Shown: positions 16,437 to 26,131, counted from the stretch's first letter. The stretch is 32,000 nucleotides of DNA from Desulfotalea psychrophila LSv54 (GCF_000025945.1 NC_006138.1:1230001-1262000); one strand, 5' to 3'. Numbers and translations: made by a program. The notes: generated by a model from the sequence alone, not told the origin.

Positions 16437-18452
16437 ATGGCATTACCAAATAAACCCAAAGGTGAAATTCTCGCCGTAGTAGATCCAGAGATTGTAGAGC
16501 ACGATATAGATGTGCTTATCGTAGGTGGTGGTATGGCCGCCTGTGGAACCGCTTTTGAAATTAAGAAGTGGGCTCCAGCTGATCTTAAGATCATGTTGGT
16601 CGATAAGGCCGCTCTTGAGCGTTCCGGTGCTGTTGCCCAGGGACTCTCTGCCATTAACACCTATATTGGTGAAAATAAAATTGAAGATTACGTAAAAATG
16701 GTACGTAATGACCTCATGGGCGTTGTTCGTGAGGATCTTATCTATGATTGTGGTCGTCACGTAGATGAGTCTGTTAAACTGTTCGAAGAGTGGGGTCTTC
16801 CTGTTTGGAAGAAGGATGCTGCTGGTGATAACCTTGATGGTTCTAAGCCTGCTGCAAGTCTGCGCGAAGGTGGTACTCCAGTACGTACTGGTAAGTGGCA
16901 GATCATGATCAATGGTGAGTCTTACAAGCCGATTGTTGCAGAGCCTGCAGCTACCGCCCTTGGTGCTGACAATATCCTTGAGCGTGTCTTTATCGTTAAG
17001 CTTCTCCTTGATAAGAACAAGCCAAACCAGATCGCTGGTGCGGCCGGTTTCTCTACCCGTGATAATACAGTACATATTTTTCGCTGTAAGGCTGCCATGG
17101 TTGCCTGTGGTGGTGCCGTTAATATTTTCCGTCCACGCTCAACCGGTGAAGGTAAAGGCCGAGCATGGTATCCTGTTTGGAATGCTGGTTCTACCTACAC
17201 CATGTGTGCTCAGGTAGGTGCTACTCTTACCATGATTGAAAATCGTTTCACCCCAGCGCGTTTTAAAGATGGTTATGGCCCTGTTGGCGCCTGGTTCCTT
17301 CTCTTTAAGGCAAAAGTTGCAAATGGTCTTGGCGAATATTATGCAATGGGCGATTCAGCAAAAGAAGAGCTTGCTCAGTTTATGCCATATGGTGCCTCTC
17401 CTGTAACTCCAACCTGTCTCCGTAATCACCTTATGATTAAAGAGCTCAAAGAGGGTCGTGGTCCTATCTATATGGCCACAGATGTTGCCCTTAATGCCTT
17501 TCTTGATGAGCGTAAAGAAGCAGGATTGGATGATAAGTCTCTTAAGAAGTTCTGGAAACATCTTGAGTCTGAAGCATGGGAAGATTTCCTTGATATGTCC
17601 GTTGGTCAGGCAGGTCTCTGGGCTGGTATGAATATCGAGCCTGAGAAAGTAGGTTCTGAGATTATGCCAACCGAACCCTATATGCTTGGTTCTCACTCCG
17701 GTTGTTGTGGTATCTGGACCTCTGGACCAGATGAAGCTTGGGTTCCTGAAGTTGCCAATGAATCTCGTTCTCACAAGTATAAGTGGGGCTATAATCGTAT
17801 GACCACCGTAGACGGTCTCTTCACCGCAGGTGATGGTGTTGGTGCCTCTGGTCATAAGTTCTCCTCTGGTTCTCATGCTGAGGGACGTATTGCTGCTAAG
17901 CAGATGGTTAAGTTCTGTCGTGATAACGACTTTACTCCTGAGCTTATGCAGACTCCGCAGGAAATTGCCGATGAGATCTATGCTCCAGTGAGACTTTATA
18001 ATGAGCACGTAGGTGCTTCTACTGCAGCAGACGTTAATCCTAACTACTGCAAACCTGCAGGTTTGATGATGCGTCTTATGAAGGCTACCGATGAGTATGG
18101 TGGTGGCGTTGCTACATACTATATGACTTCCGGTAAACTTCTGAACATCTGTCTTGATCTTCTTCTTCTTCTTCGTGAAGATGCTGATAAGATGGCTGCC
18201 GGCGATTTGCATGAGCTTCTCCGCTGTTGGGAGAACTACCACCGTATCTGGTGTGTTGAAACTCATATTCGTCACATTGAGTTCCGTAAAGAGTCTCGTT
18301 ATCCAGGATTCTATTATCGTTCTGATTTTCCGAATGTGGATGATGAGAACTGGAAGTGTTTTGTTAACTCTACCTTCAATCCAGAAACCAAAGAGTGGTT
18401 GTGTGAGAAGGTTGAGTGTCTCAATATTATTGAAACCGAACCCTGGCTTTAA
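16437..18452 (+). CDS. aprA: adenylylsulfate (APS) reductase, alpha subunit (FAD flavoprotein)
   Basis: About 671 aa. The FAD dinucleotide fold reads DVLIVGGGMAACGTAFE, within a fumarate-reductase-family flavoprotein architecture. It pairs with aprB. The start is ATG 16437, behind AGGAG. Confidence 0.95.
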   Translation: MALPNKPKGEILAVVDPEIVEHDIDVLIVGGGMAACGTAFEIKKWAPADLKIMLVDKAALERSGAVAQGLSAINTYIGENKIEDYVKMVRNDLMGVVREDLIYDCGRHVDESVKLFEEWGLPVWKKDAAGDNLDGSKPAASLREGGTPVRTGKWQIMINGESYKPIVAEPAATALGADNILERVFIVKLLLDKNKPNQIAGAAGFSTRDNTVHIFRCKAAMVACGGAVNIFRPRSTGEGKGRAWYPVWNAGSTYTMCAQVGATLTMIENRFTPARFKDGYGPVGAWFLLFKAKVANGLGEYYAMGDSAKEELAQFMPYGASPVTPTCLRNHLMIKELKEGRGPIYMATDVALNAFLDERKEAGLDDKSLKKFWKHLESEAWEDFLDMSVGQAGLWAGMNIEPEKVGSEIMPTEPYMLGSHSGCCGIWTSGPDEAWVPEVANESRSHKYKWGYNRMTTVDGLFTAGDGVGASGHKFSSGSHAEGRIAAKQMVKFCRDNDFTPELMQTPQEIADEIYAPVRLYNEHVGASTAADVNPNYCKPAGLMMRLMKATDEYGGGVATYYMTSGKLLNICLDLLLLLREDADKMAAGDLHELLRCWENYHRIWCVETHIRHIEFRKESRYPGFYYRSDFPNVDDENWKCFVNSTFNPETKEWLCEKVECLNIIETEPWL

Positions 18453-18490
18453 TGTGGCGAGATAGTGCCTAGCATGATGTGAGGTATAAA

Positions 18491-18526
18491 TCTCCAAGGA
18501 TCCTCGTGTCCTTGGAGATTTTTTTT
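18491..18526 (+). terminator. intrinsic terminator after aprA
   Basis: TCTCCAAGGA / TCCTTGGAGA 10-bp perfect stem with loop TCCTCGTG, followed by T8. Confidence 0.75.
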
Positions 18527-18703
18527 ATCATTTCTTTTTTTGCTTTAGGCGTGCTAATTGATTGTAAGTAGCCGTTTAAAGCAGAAAAAGTAGTATGGCG
18601 TTTCTTAAGATACAGAAAAGTTTAGCGGTTGGTGTCAGTCGGAGTTCTGTGGCTGAATCTGGTGCCAATAGTCAATATTTTAAGAGTAATAGGGAGGTAT
18701 GGT

Positions 18704-19966
18704 ATGACTGACGAGCAAGGCACCTCTGGTGCAGTTTTGGTCGTAGGCGGGGGTATCAGTGGGCTGACAGCAGCCCTTGAAACCGCCGAAGTCGGCAATG
18801 ATGTTTTTCTTATTGAGAAAAGTCCTTGTTTTGGTGGACGTGTATCCCAACTTAATCAGTATTTTCCAAAGCTTTGTCCCCCAAGTTGTGGTCTTGAGAT
18901 TAACTTTCGCCGGGTGAAAGAAAACCGAGGTATTCGTACCTATAGCATGACAACGGTGAAGTCTGTCACGGGCGAGGCCGGTAATTATGAGGTGACCCTC
19001 GAAATTGCCCCTCGTTATGTGAATAGTAACTGTACAGCCTGTGGCGCCTGTTCCGCAGCCTGTCCGGATGAGGTTGCCAATGAGTTTAACTTTGGCATGG
19101 ATATGAGAAAGGCCGCCTATCTTCCCCATGAGATGGCTTTTCCTCGTCGCTATGTGATTGATAAGGATGCCCTCAGTCCAGCCGGTGCCGAAGCTGTCGT
19201 TGCTGCCTGTAAGTATGGCGCTGTTGATCTTGATATGCAGCCTGAAACAGTGGTTATTCAGGTAGGTTCTATTATTTGGGCCACCGGTTGGAATCCCTAT
19301 GACCCAGCTAAAATGGATAATCTGAAGTATGGTCAATCAGATGCAATTGTCACCAATATGATGATTGAGAGAATGGCCTCTCCTAATGGTCCCACCTCCG
19401 GCAAAATTCTTCGTCCCGGTGATAATAAGGAACCAGAGTCCATTGCCTTTGTTCAATGTGCCGGCTCTCGTGATGAAAATCATCTTGAGTACTGTTCCTC
19501 TGTGTGCTGTATGGCGACTTTCAAGCATATGACCTATGTGCGTGAGCAGTATCCAGATGCTCAAATATATGTCTTTTATATTGATTTGCGGACTCCTGGT
19601 AAATACGAAAAATTTCGTGAACAACGAATGGCCGATGAGAAGGCAACCTTTATCAAGGGTAAGGTAGCTGATATTATTATCGAGGCAGACGGTGGAGTGA
19701 CCGTGGTGGCGGAGGATGCCCTGACCGGTAATAAGAAAAATCAGAAGGTTGATATGGTTGTTTTGGCAACGGGTATGCAGCCATCTTTTGCTACGGGAGC
19801 GCCTGTTGGTCTGGAAGTGGACAGTAATGGCTTTATTATAAGCGATTTTAATAAGGGCATGATTGCTGCGGGATGCGCGAAAAAACCCGTAGATGTTGTG
19901 ACCACCACTCAATCATCCACGGCAGCTGCCCTAAAGGCAATTCAGATTTCCAGGAGGTCGAATTAA
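18704..19966 (+). CDS. qmoA: quinone-interacting membrane-bound oxidoreductase subunit QmoA (HdrA-like flavoprotein)
   Basis: FAD motif VLVVGGGISGLTAALE, HdrA-like Cys motifs, and a position directly downstream of aprBA. The start is ATG 18704, behind GGGAGG; the track start at 18629 is upstream junk. Confidence 0.9.
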   Translation: MTDEQGTSGAVLVVGGGISGLTAALETAEVGNDVFLIEKSPCFGGRVSQLNQYFPKLCPPSCGLEINFRRVKENRGIRTYSMTTVKSVTGEAGNYEVTLEIAPRYVNSNCTACGACSAACPDEVANEFNFGMDMRKAAYLPHEMAFPRRYVIDKDALSPAGAEAVVAACKYGAVDLDMQPETVVIQVGSIIWATGWNPYDPAKMDNLKYGQSDAIVTNMMIERMASPNGPTSGKILRPGDNKEPESIAFVQCAGSRDENHLEYCSSVCCMATFKHMTYVREQYPDAQIYVFYIDLRTPGKYEKFREQRMADEKATFIKGKVADIIIEADGGVTVVAEDALTGNKKNQKVDMVVLATGMQPSFATGAPVGLEVDSNGFIISDFNKGMIAAGCAKKPVDVVTTTQSSTAAALKAIQISRRSN

Positions 19967-22227
19967 TGGATAAGTCATATTGTGCATATTTATGCTCTGG
20001 TTGTGGTATTGGTGATGCCCTTGATATGGAGGCTCTCGCGGGAGTTGTTTCCGGTGAGATGTCCATGGAGTGTAAAACCCATGAGTGTCTTTGCGGGGCG
20101 GCAGGGCGTGCCCTTATCGAGGCAGATATTGCAGCAGGAACTAATACCGTTGTGGTCGGTGCCTGTTCACCTCGGGTTATGACTGGTGAATTTAATTTTG
20201 GTAAAGATAAGATTACCGTTCGGGCAAATCTTCGTGAGCAGGTTGTTTGGTCCGAGGCTAAGCCTGCAGAGGGTGAGGAACCCCATGCAGAGGCCGTGGC
20301 CTTTTTGCAGGAAACTGCCGAAGATTATATGAGAATGGCCTGTACCCGGGCTCAAAAGACGGAGTTGGCAGATCCATTTCATCTGGAGATCATCACTAAA
20401 ACGGTGATGGTGATGGGTGGTGGTATTGCCGGCCTTACTGCGGCAAAAGAGGCGGCTGCTGCGGGTTATGAGGTTCTTCTGGTGGAAAAAGAGGCCCAGC
20501 TTGGTGGCAAGGCCCTTGGTTGGAGAAAATCTTTTCCATCCAAGGCTCCCTGGACTGATTTGGAAGAAAACCCCGCCGATGCCCTGGTTGCAGCCGTTAC
20601 CGCAGATGATAAAATTACGGTGAAGCTTGCAACGGAGGTAGCTCGTATTGGTGGTGCTCCCGGAGCATTCCGTGTCTCTTTTAAGGATGTCGGAACTCAG
20701 ACTGAGTGGGATGCGCCTGCCAAGGTTGCCGTTGATGAGCAGGATGCTATTGACAAGGGCGAGATGGAAAACCCCAATGAGGGGCTACAGGTCTATACCG
20801 CCGTTGACGAGAATGCTACTCTGGTAGGTTCTGTTGTTCTAGCCACGGGCTGGACTCCTGCCGATGTTTCTCAGTACGAGCATTTGGGCTATGGAAAACT
20901 TACAAATGTGGTTACCAATGCCGAGTTTGAAAAAATTGCCAAGGAGGGCAAGGTTCCTGCCAATGTGGCCTTTGTTCAGAGCCCGGGCGGAAAAGATAGC
21001 GATGATGATTTTCCTTACTGTAACTCCGTAACCTCCATGGTTGCCCTGAAGCAGGCGCAGTATGTCTGTCAGGACAACGTTGATGGCAAGGCCTATATCC
21101 TCTATCAGCATATGCGTACTCCTGGACAGATGGAGCTCTTTTATAAGAATGCCCAGTTGAATGACGGTATTTTTATGACCAAGGCCTCTGTTGTCGGAGT
21201 GGATGAGGAAGGTGCAGGCCTGAGGGTGAATATTGAAGAGACCCTTTTGGGAGAAGATGTCAGTATTGACGTTGATATGGTTGTTCTGGCCGCCGGTATG
21301 GAGCCTGTAACCCTTCATGACAGCAGTATTAATCTGGCCTATCGTCAGGGTCCTGCCTTTTCTGATCTCGACCTCTTTGATGGTTATGCTGATTCCCATT
21401 TTATCTGCTTTCCTTATGAGACTCGTCGTACCGGCGTTTACACCTGTGGTGGTGTGCGTAAGGCGGAGACCATGGAGGAGACCATTGATGATGCAACGGG
21501 CGCTGCCCTTAAGGCCATTCAGTGTATAGAATCCTCTGACCGTGGTGTTTCTGTTCATCCTCGTTCCGGTGATGCGACCTATCCTGAGTTTTTTATGCAA
21601 CGTTGTACCCAGTGTAAACGTTGTACCGAGGAGTGTCCTTTTGGCGCCTTAGATGATGATGAAAAGGGAACTCCGCTGCCAAATCCAACTCGCTGTCGTC
21701 GTTGTGGTATCTGTATGGGTGCCTGTCCCGAACGTATTATCGGCTTTAAGGACTATAATATAGATATGATCGGCTCTATGATTAAATCCATAGAGGTGCC
21801 GGAAGATGATGATGATCGTCTCCGTATTATGGTCTTTGTCTGTGAAAATGATGCTTATCCTGCCCTTGATATGTCCGGCATGAGACGTCATGGTATAAGT
21901 CATATGGTTCGGTTTATCCCTGTTCGTTGCCTGGGCTCGGTTAATATGGCCTGGGTTCGGGATGCTCTTTCAGCGGGAATGGATGGGATAATGCTTTTGG
22001 GCTGTGCCTATGGTGACGATTATCAGTGTCACTTTGTTAAGGGCTCTGAAATTGCCCAGAAGCGGATGGAAAATATCGGCGATACTCTTTCAAGTCTGGG
22101 CCTTGAGTCTGAACGTTGTGTCTCTGAGCAGATCGCTATTACCGATTTTGATAAGGTGCCCAAACTTATTAATGATTTCGTTGAAGAGATTGTTGAGATG
22201 GGGCCAAATCCATTTAAGGGTTTCTAG
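19966..22227 (+). CDS. qmoB: QmoB (HdrA-like flavoprotein with 2x[4Fe-4S] ferredoxin and MvhD-like C-terminal domains)
   Basis: FAD motif VMVMGGGIAGLTAAKE; CTQCKRCTEECP and CRRCGICMGACP cluster motifs; C-terminal MvhD-like region (MVFVCENDAYP). The ATG overlaps the qmoA stop (TAATG). Confidence 0.9.
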   Translation: MDKSYCAYLCSGCGIGDALDMEALAGVVSGEMSMECKTHECLCGAAGRALIEADIAAGTNTVVVGACSPRVMTGEFNFGKDKITVRANLREQVVWSEAKPAEGEEPHAEAVAFLQETAEDYMRMACTRAQKTELADPFHLEIITKTVMVMGGGIAGLTAAKEAAAAGYEVLLVEKEAQLGGKALGWRKSFPSKAPWTDLEENPADALVAAVTADDKITVKLATEVARIGGAPGAFRVSFKDVGTQTEWDAPAKVAVDEQDAIDKGEMENPNEGLQVYTAVDENATLVGSVVLATGWTPADVSQYEHLGYGKLTNVVTNAEFEKIAKEGKVPANVAFVQSPGGKDSDDDFPYCNSVTSMVALKQAQYVCQDNVDGKAYILYQHMRTPGQMELFYKNAQLNDGIFMTKASVVGVDEEGAGLRVNIEETLLGEDVSIDVDMVVLAAGMEPVTLHDSSINLAYRQGPAFSDLDLFDGYADSHFICFPYETRRTGVYTCGGVRKAETMEETIDDATGAALKAIQCIESSDRGVSVHPRSGDATYPEFFMQRCTQCKRCTEECPFGALDDDEKGTPLPNPTRCRRCGICMGACPERIIGFKDYNIDMIGSMIKSIEVPEDDDDRLRIMVFVCENDAYPALDMSGMRRHGISHMVRFIPVRCLGSVNMAWVRDALSAGMDGIMLLGCAYGDDYQCHFVKGSEIAQKRMENIGDTLSSLGLESERCVSEQIAITDFDKVPKLINDFVEEIVEMGPNPFKGF

Positions 22228-22327
22228 CCTCTGTTATCAAAAAGCCGTAGTGATTAGGTCGCCACGGCTTTCTACATAATTGCTTATAAAACTTTTATAC
22301 GTTTTGATAATAGAATAGGAGGAGACT

Positions 22328-23542
22328 ATGAATGTTCAACCAGATTTAGATTTTATCAGGCATCTCAAACAGGCCGGTGGCGATACCCTGAAAAAGTGCT
22401 ACCAGTGTTCAACCTGCTCTGTTATGTGTCCGCTGTCAAAGGACGGTAAACCCTTTCCCAGAAAAGAGATGATCTGGGCCCAGTGGGGTCTGAAGGAGAA
22501 GCTTATTGCCGATCCCGATGTTTTTCTTTGTCATCAGTGCGGGGACTGTACTGCAGGCTGTCCACGGGGGGCAAAACCGGGTGATGTTCTTAGTGCTATT
22601 CGTTCCTGGGCCTATACAGAGTATGGTTGGCCCGGACCCTTGGCCAAGCTTGCCTCCACCGCCAAGGGACTACCCGTTCTGGTTGCCCTGCCCGTGGTGG
22701 TTATTCTTCTTATGTGGCTCGCCTCAAGTCTTATTGGCGTTTCCGGGGTGCATCTTCCCAGTAAGGAGGAGTTTGCCCTGCACGGCTATCAGCAATTTTT
22801 TGGTACTTGGAATTTTCATTGGTATGCAAAAAATATTGCCTTTATTGTCGCAATTATGGTGCCGGCCCTGGGCATAGGCCTCTTTTCCGCTGGAATGGGT
22901 GTTTATCGGTTTTGGAAGAAGATGAGTATTAATGCCGGTATTAATGGAGCCTTTAAGCCATCCATTTATCAGTTTGTTACTCAACTGTGGTGGCCTGCAG
23001 CTAAAGAAATTGTTACCCATAAGCGTTTTAAAGAGTGTAATATTAACGAGACAAGGACCCGAGGTCATCTTCCTCTTATGTATGCCTTTGCCGGACTCTT
23101 TATTGTTACCTGTTGGTCATTGTTGAAAAATGATGTCCTCGGCCTTTTCTGGCCCGCCCTGCATGGGCCATTGCCGCTTACCGATCCATTTAAGTTGTTG
23201 GCAAACGTCTCTGCCATCGCCATGATCTTTGGCCTGGCCGTACTGTGGGCTAATAGAAAGAGGTCCGAGCGCGAGGATAAAACCATGCCTACCTTTTATG
23301 ACTGGTTTCTTCTCTGGGAGATTGCCGCGGTTGGGGTAACGGGTATCGGTGCCGAGGTGCTTCGCTGGATGGGGATACCTATTGCCGGTTATATTGTATA
23401 TTTTCTGCACTTGGTCTCTATTTTTATGCTATTCTTGTACTTGCCATACACCAAGTTTGCCCATATTGTTTTCCGGACAGCGGCAATGACCTTTGATAAT
23501 TATCGTGAAAGTGTTTTTGCCAAAAATCCTTTAGATCAATAA
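22328..23542 (+). CDS. qmoC: QmoC (fused [4Fe-4S] HdrC-like and membrane cytochrome b HdrE/NarI-like subunit)
   Basis: N-terminal CYQCSTCSVMCP and CHQCGDCTAGCP motifs, followed by about six hydrophobic helices. AGGAGGAG precedes the ATG. Confidence 0.88.
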   Translation: MNVQPDLDFIRHLKQAGGDTLKKCYQCSTCSVMCPLSKDGKPFPRKEMIWAQWGLKEKLIADPDVFLCHQCGDCTAGCPRGAKPGDVLSAIRSWAYTEYGWPGPLAKLASTAKGLPVLVALPVVVILLMWLASSLIGVSGVHLPSKEEFALHGYQQFFGTWNFHWYAKNIAFIVAIMVPALGIGLFSAGMGVYRFWKKMSINAGINGAFKPSIYQFVTQLWWPAAKEIVTHKRFKECNINETRTRGHLPLMYAFAGLFIVTCWSLLKNDVLGLFWPALHGPLPLTDPFKLLANVSAIAMIFGLAVLWANRKRSEREDKTMPTFYDWFLLWEIAAVGVTGIGAEVLRWMGIPIAGYIVYFLHLVSIFMLFLYLPYTKFAHIVFRTAAMTFDNYRESVFAKNPLDQ

Positions 23543-23567
23543 TTTATCTCTTTACTGATCTGTTTTG

Positions 23568-23605
23568 GGGCTATCTTCTCTGGTGGAAGGTAGCCTTTTT
23601 TTTTG
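23568..23605 (+). terminator. intrinsic terminator after qmoC
   Basis: GGCTATCTTC / GAAGGTAGCC stem (10 bp, one G-U pair), followed by T9. Confidence 0.7.
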
Positions 23606-23710
23606 TTTGCCTATTGCCTCTCTTTAGTTTTATAATATTGATGTTTTACGTAGATTCAAAGAGATGGGGCTTGGTGGTGAAAATAAAAGAAGAAAGATGT
23701 GAAAAAAGCA

Positions 23711-23739
23711 TTGCATATAAGACGGAAGGCATGTATATT
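23711..23739 (+). promoter_or_regulatory. sigma70-like promoter of the tRNA-tuf cluster
   Basis: TTGCAT-17 nt-TATATT with TG immediately 5' of the -10. An A-rich UP-like tract lies upstream (GAAAATAAAAGAAGAAAGATGTGAAAAAAGCA). The -10 ends 13 nt before the first tRNA. Confidence 0.5.
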
Positions 23740-23752
23740 CTCGTTCCCACAG

Positions 23753-23828
23753 GCTGGCGTAGCTCAACTGGAAGAGCAGCTGATTTGTAATCAGCAGGTT
23801 GCGGGTTCAAGTCCCATCGCCAGCTCCA
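23753..23828 (+). tRNA. tRNA-Thr (anticodon UGU)
   Basis: GCTGGCG/CGCCAGC acceptor stem, anticodon stem GCTGA/TCAGC with loop TTTGTAA, T-loop TTCAAGT, CCA encoded. The T-stem has one mismatch. Confidence 0.9.
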
Positions 23829-23903
23829 AGTTTGTATAAAAAAAATGCTTTACAAGTACGCAGAGAGTGTGTATATGTGTCACCTTTCAAGGTGTCATCG
23901 TGT

Positions 23904-23988
<85 letters not shown>

Positions 23989-24006
23989 TTCGATTTTGTA
24001 TAGCAA

Positions 24007-24082
24007 GCGGGAATAGCTCAATTGGTAGAGCATCAGCCTTCCAAGCTGAGGGTTGCGAGTCCGAGTCTCGTTTCCCGCTCCA
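24007..24082 (+). tRNA. tRNA-Gly (anticodon UCC)
   Basis: GCGGGAA/TTCCCGC acceptor stem, anticodon stem TCAGC/GCTGA with loop CTTCCAA, CCA encoded. Confidence 0.93.
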
Positions 24083-24101
24083 TTTTTTTAAATAGTTAGT
24101 T

Positions 24102-24177
<76 letters not shown>

Positions 24178-24232
24178 CAAAGAACAAGAAAAAAAGTCGG
24201 AACTTTTTTCAACGGCCTGAGGAGACAGGAAG

Positions 24233-25423
24233 ATGTCAAAGGAAAAATTTGAAAGGACAAAGCCGCATGTCAATGTAGGAACAATTGGTCACATCGATCA
24301 CGGTAAAACCACTTTGACTGCTGCTATCACCCGCGTATTGTCTACTAAGGGACAAGCCAGTTTCACTGATTTCAGTGATATCGATAAGGCTCCTGAGGAA
24401 AAAGAGCGCGGAATTACTATCGCAACCGCTCACGTAGAGTATGAGACTGTTAATCGTCACTACGCTCACGTTGATTGTCCTGGTCATGCCGATTATATCA
24501 AGAATATGATTACCGGTGCTGCTCAGATGGACGGTGCGATTTTGGTTGTTGCAGCGACAGATGGTGCTATGCCTCAGACTCGTGAGCATATCCTTCTTGC
24601 TCGTCAGGTTGGCGTTCCAGCCATGGTTGTATTTCTTAACAAATGCGACATGGTTGATGATGATGAGCTTATTGAGCTTGTTGAGATGGAGCTTCGTGAG
24701 CTTCTCGACGATTATGAGTTTCCTGGCGATGATGTTCCTTTTATTCATGGTTCTGCGCTTCTCGCTCTTGAGAATCCAGAAGATGAAGATAAGGCAGCAT
24801 GTATCTGGGAACTTATGGACCAGATTGATTCTTACATCCCAGAGCCAGAGCGTGATGTAGATCAGCCTTTCCTTATGCCTGTTGAGGATGTATTCTCTAT
24901 CTCCGGTCGTGGAACTGTAGCAACCGGTCGTGTTGAGCGTGGTATCATCAAGGTTGGCGAGGAAGTTGCAATCGTTGGCGTTAGAGATACCGTTAAAACC
25001 ACCTGTACAGGTGTAGAGATGTTCCGTAAGCTTCTTGACGAAGGTCGGGCTGGCGACAACATCGGTGCACTTCTTCGTGGTGTTAAGCGTGAAGATATTG
25101 AGCGTGGTCAGGTTCTTGCTAAGCCAGGTACCATTACCCCTCACACCAAGTTCAAGGCAGAGTGTTATATCCTTGGTAAAGACGAAGGTGGACGTCACAC
25201 TCCATTCTTTAACGGATATCGTCCACAGTTCTATTTTAGAACAACTGACGTTACCGGTATCGTAACCCTTCCTGAGGGTATCGAGATGGTTATGCCTGGT
25301 GATAACGTAGCAGTTGAAGCAGAGCTTATTACTCCTATCGCAATGGATGCTGGTCTCCGTTTCGCTATCCGTGAGGGTGGACGAACCGTAGGTGCTGGCG
25401 TAATTAGCGAGATCATTGCTTAG
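24233..25423 (+). CDS. tuf: translation elongation factor Tu
   Basis: 396 aa with an unmistakable EF-Tu sequence ([47 protein letters not shown]). Confidence 0.98.
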   Translation: MSKEKFERTKPHVNVGTIGHIDHGKTTLTAAITRVLSTKGQASFTDFSDIDKAPEEKERGITIATAHVEYETVNRHYAHVDCPGHADYIKNMITGAAQMDGAILVVAATDGAMPQTREHILLARQVGVPAMVVFLNKCDMVDDDELIELVEMELRELLDDYEFPGDDVPFIHGSALLALENPEDEDKAACIWELMDQIDSYIPEPERDVDQPFLMPVEDVFSISGRGTVATGRVERGIIKVGEEVAIVGVRDTVKTTCTGVEMFRKLLDEGRAGDNIGALLRGVKREDIERGQVLAKPGTITPHTKFKAECYILGKDEGGRHTPFFNGYRPQFYFRTTDVTGIVTLPEGIEMVMPGDNVAVEAELITPIAMDAGLRFAIREGGRTVGAGVISEIIA

Positions 25424-25443
25424 TAGTCGCTAATAGGTTTTTG

Positions 25444-25483
25444 TTGCCCTATTTGATTTAAGCGTTAAATAGGGCAAATTTTT
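25444..25483 (+). terminator. hairpin / partial terminator between tuf and rpmG
   Basis: TTGCCCTATTT / AAATAGGGCAA 11-bp perfect stem with a 12-nt loop, followed by ATTTTT. Confidence 0.5.
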
Positions 25484-25498
25484 AATAGGAAAAATTAA

Positions 25499-25648
25499 AT
25501 GAGAGATATAGTAACCTTGGCTTGTGGTACCTGTAAGCGTCGTAATTACACCACCACAAAGAACAAGAAGCAAACTCCTAATAAGCTTGAGTTTAATAAA
25601 TATTGCCCCTTTTGTCGGGTTCATACCCCACATAAAGAGACCAAGTAA
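25499..25648 (+). CDS. rpmG: 50S ribosomal protein L33 (Cys-containing, zinc-ribbon form)
   Basis: Not in the supplied ORF track because it is under 60 aa. Translation by hand gives [49 protein letters not shown], a typical L33 with CxxC...CxxC. It sits in the conserved tuf-rpmG-tRNA-Trp-secE position. Confidence 0.9.
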   Translation: MRDIVTLACGTCKRRNYTTTKNKKQTPNKLEFNKYCPFCRVHTPHKETK

Positions 25649-25657
25649 TTCTTGTGC

Positions 25658-25734
25658 AGGCCAGTAGCTCTAATTGGTAGAGCGCCGGATTCCAAATCCG
25701 GATGCTGGGGGTTCGAGTCCCTCCTGGCCTGCCA
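25658..25734 (+). tRNA. tRNA-Trp (anticodon CCA)
   Basis: AGGCCAG/CTGGCCT acceptor stem, anticodon stem CCGGA/TCCGG with loop TTCCAAA, T-loop TTCGAGT, CCA encoded. Confidence 0.93.
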
Positions 25735-25808
25735 TGTTTTATTGTGGTCTTTTTTTCGTAAAGGGTGTGGTTCTTTTTTGATCTGCAGTAAAAGGCGGGT
25801 TTGTAAAT

Positions 25809-26063
25809 ATGGCAGCTAAAGCGAAGAACAAAATCAAGAAATCTGTTAATTCTAAAGAGAAGGAAGATGTAAAGCTTTCTCCTGCGATTGTGAAACAGTT
25901 TTTTCTTGACGTGAAAACCGAGTTTTTTAGAATAGCTTGGCCAGACAAGAAAATGACTCTTGGTTTGGCTGGTATAGTTGTGGTATTAACTGGGGCTATA
26001 TCGCTGTACCTTGGTTCTGTTGATTTTATTCTAGGTGAAATCGTTTCTTACGTTCTTGGTTAG
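25809..26063 (+). CDS. secE: preprotein translocase subunit SecE
   Basis: 84 aa with a Lys-rich N-terminus, the conserved FFLDVKTEFFRIAWP segment and a single C-terminal TM helix. It sits immediately upstream of nusG. Confidence 0.85.
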   Translation: MAAKAKNKIKKSVNSKEKEDVKLSPAIVKQFFLDVKTEFFRIAWPDKKMTLGLAGIVVVLTGAISLYLGSVDFILGEIVSYVLG

Positions 26064-26131
26064 TTTCGCAGGTGCTGCGACTTGGTGCTTGCTATTAGAG
26101 TAACCTTAAATCTGAGAAAGTAGAGATATTC

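Noticed and set aside
18159-18173. Short tandem codon repeats: (CTT)5 in aprA, an AAG/GAA run at about 9592-9606, and a GAT run at about 21806-21817.
   Set aside because: They are in frame inside genes and simply encode poly-Leu, poly-Lys and poly-Asp patches. They are not microsatellite or CRISPR-like structures.
17355-18497. 380-aa ORF antisense to aprA. Similar long antisense ORFs occur at 24236..25198 (tuf), 6550..7386 (ribF), 10624..11511 (ribE/ribBA), 18680..19912 (qmoA), 20839..21600 (qmoB), 28757..29245 (rplL) and 4..609 (thiE).
   Set aside because: Each lies fully inside a confidently identified sense gene. Their translations are low-complexity with no recognisable motifs. Such open antisense frames are an expected by-product of strong codon bias in highly expressed genes.
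19873-19965. N-terminal extensions in the ORF track: QmoB from 19873, QmoA from 18629, FtsK from 13471, RibF from 6493, RibBA from 10912, L11 from 26727, PEPCK to 6037.
   Set aside because: The extensions overlap upstream genes or promoters, begin at non-ATG codons or lack ribosome-binding sites. In each case an internal ATG with a good Shine-Dalgarno gives the canonical N-terminus.
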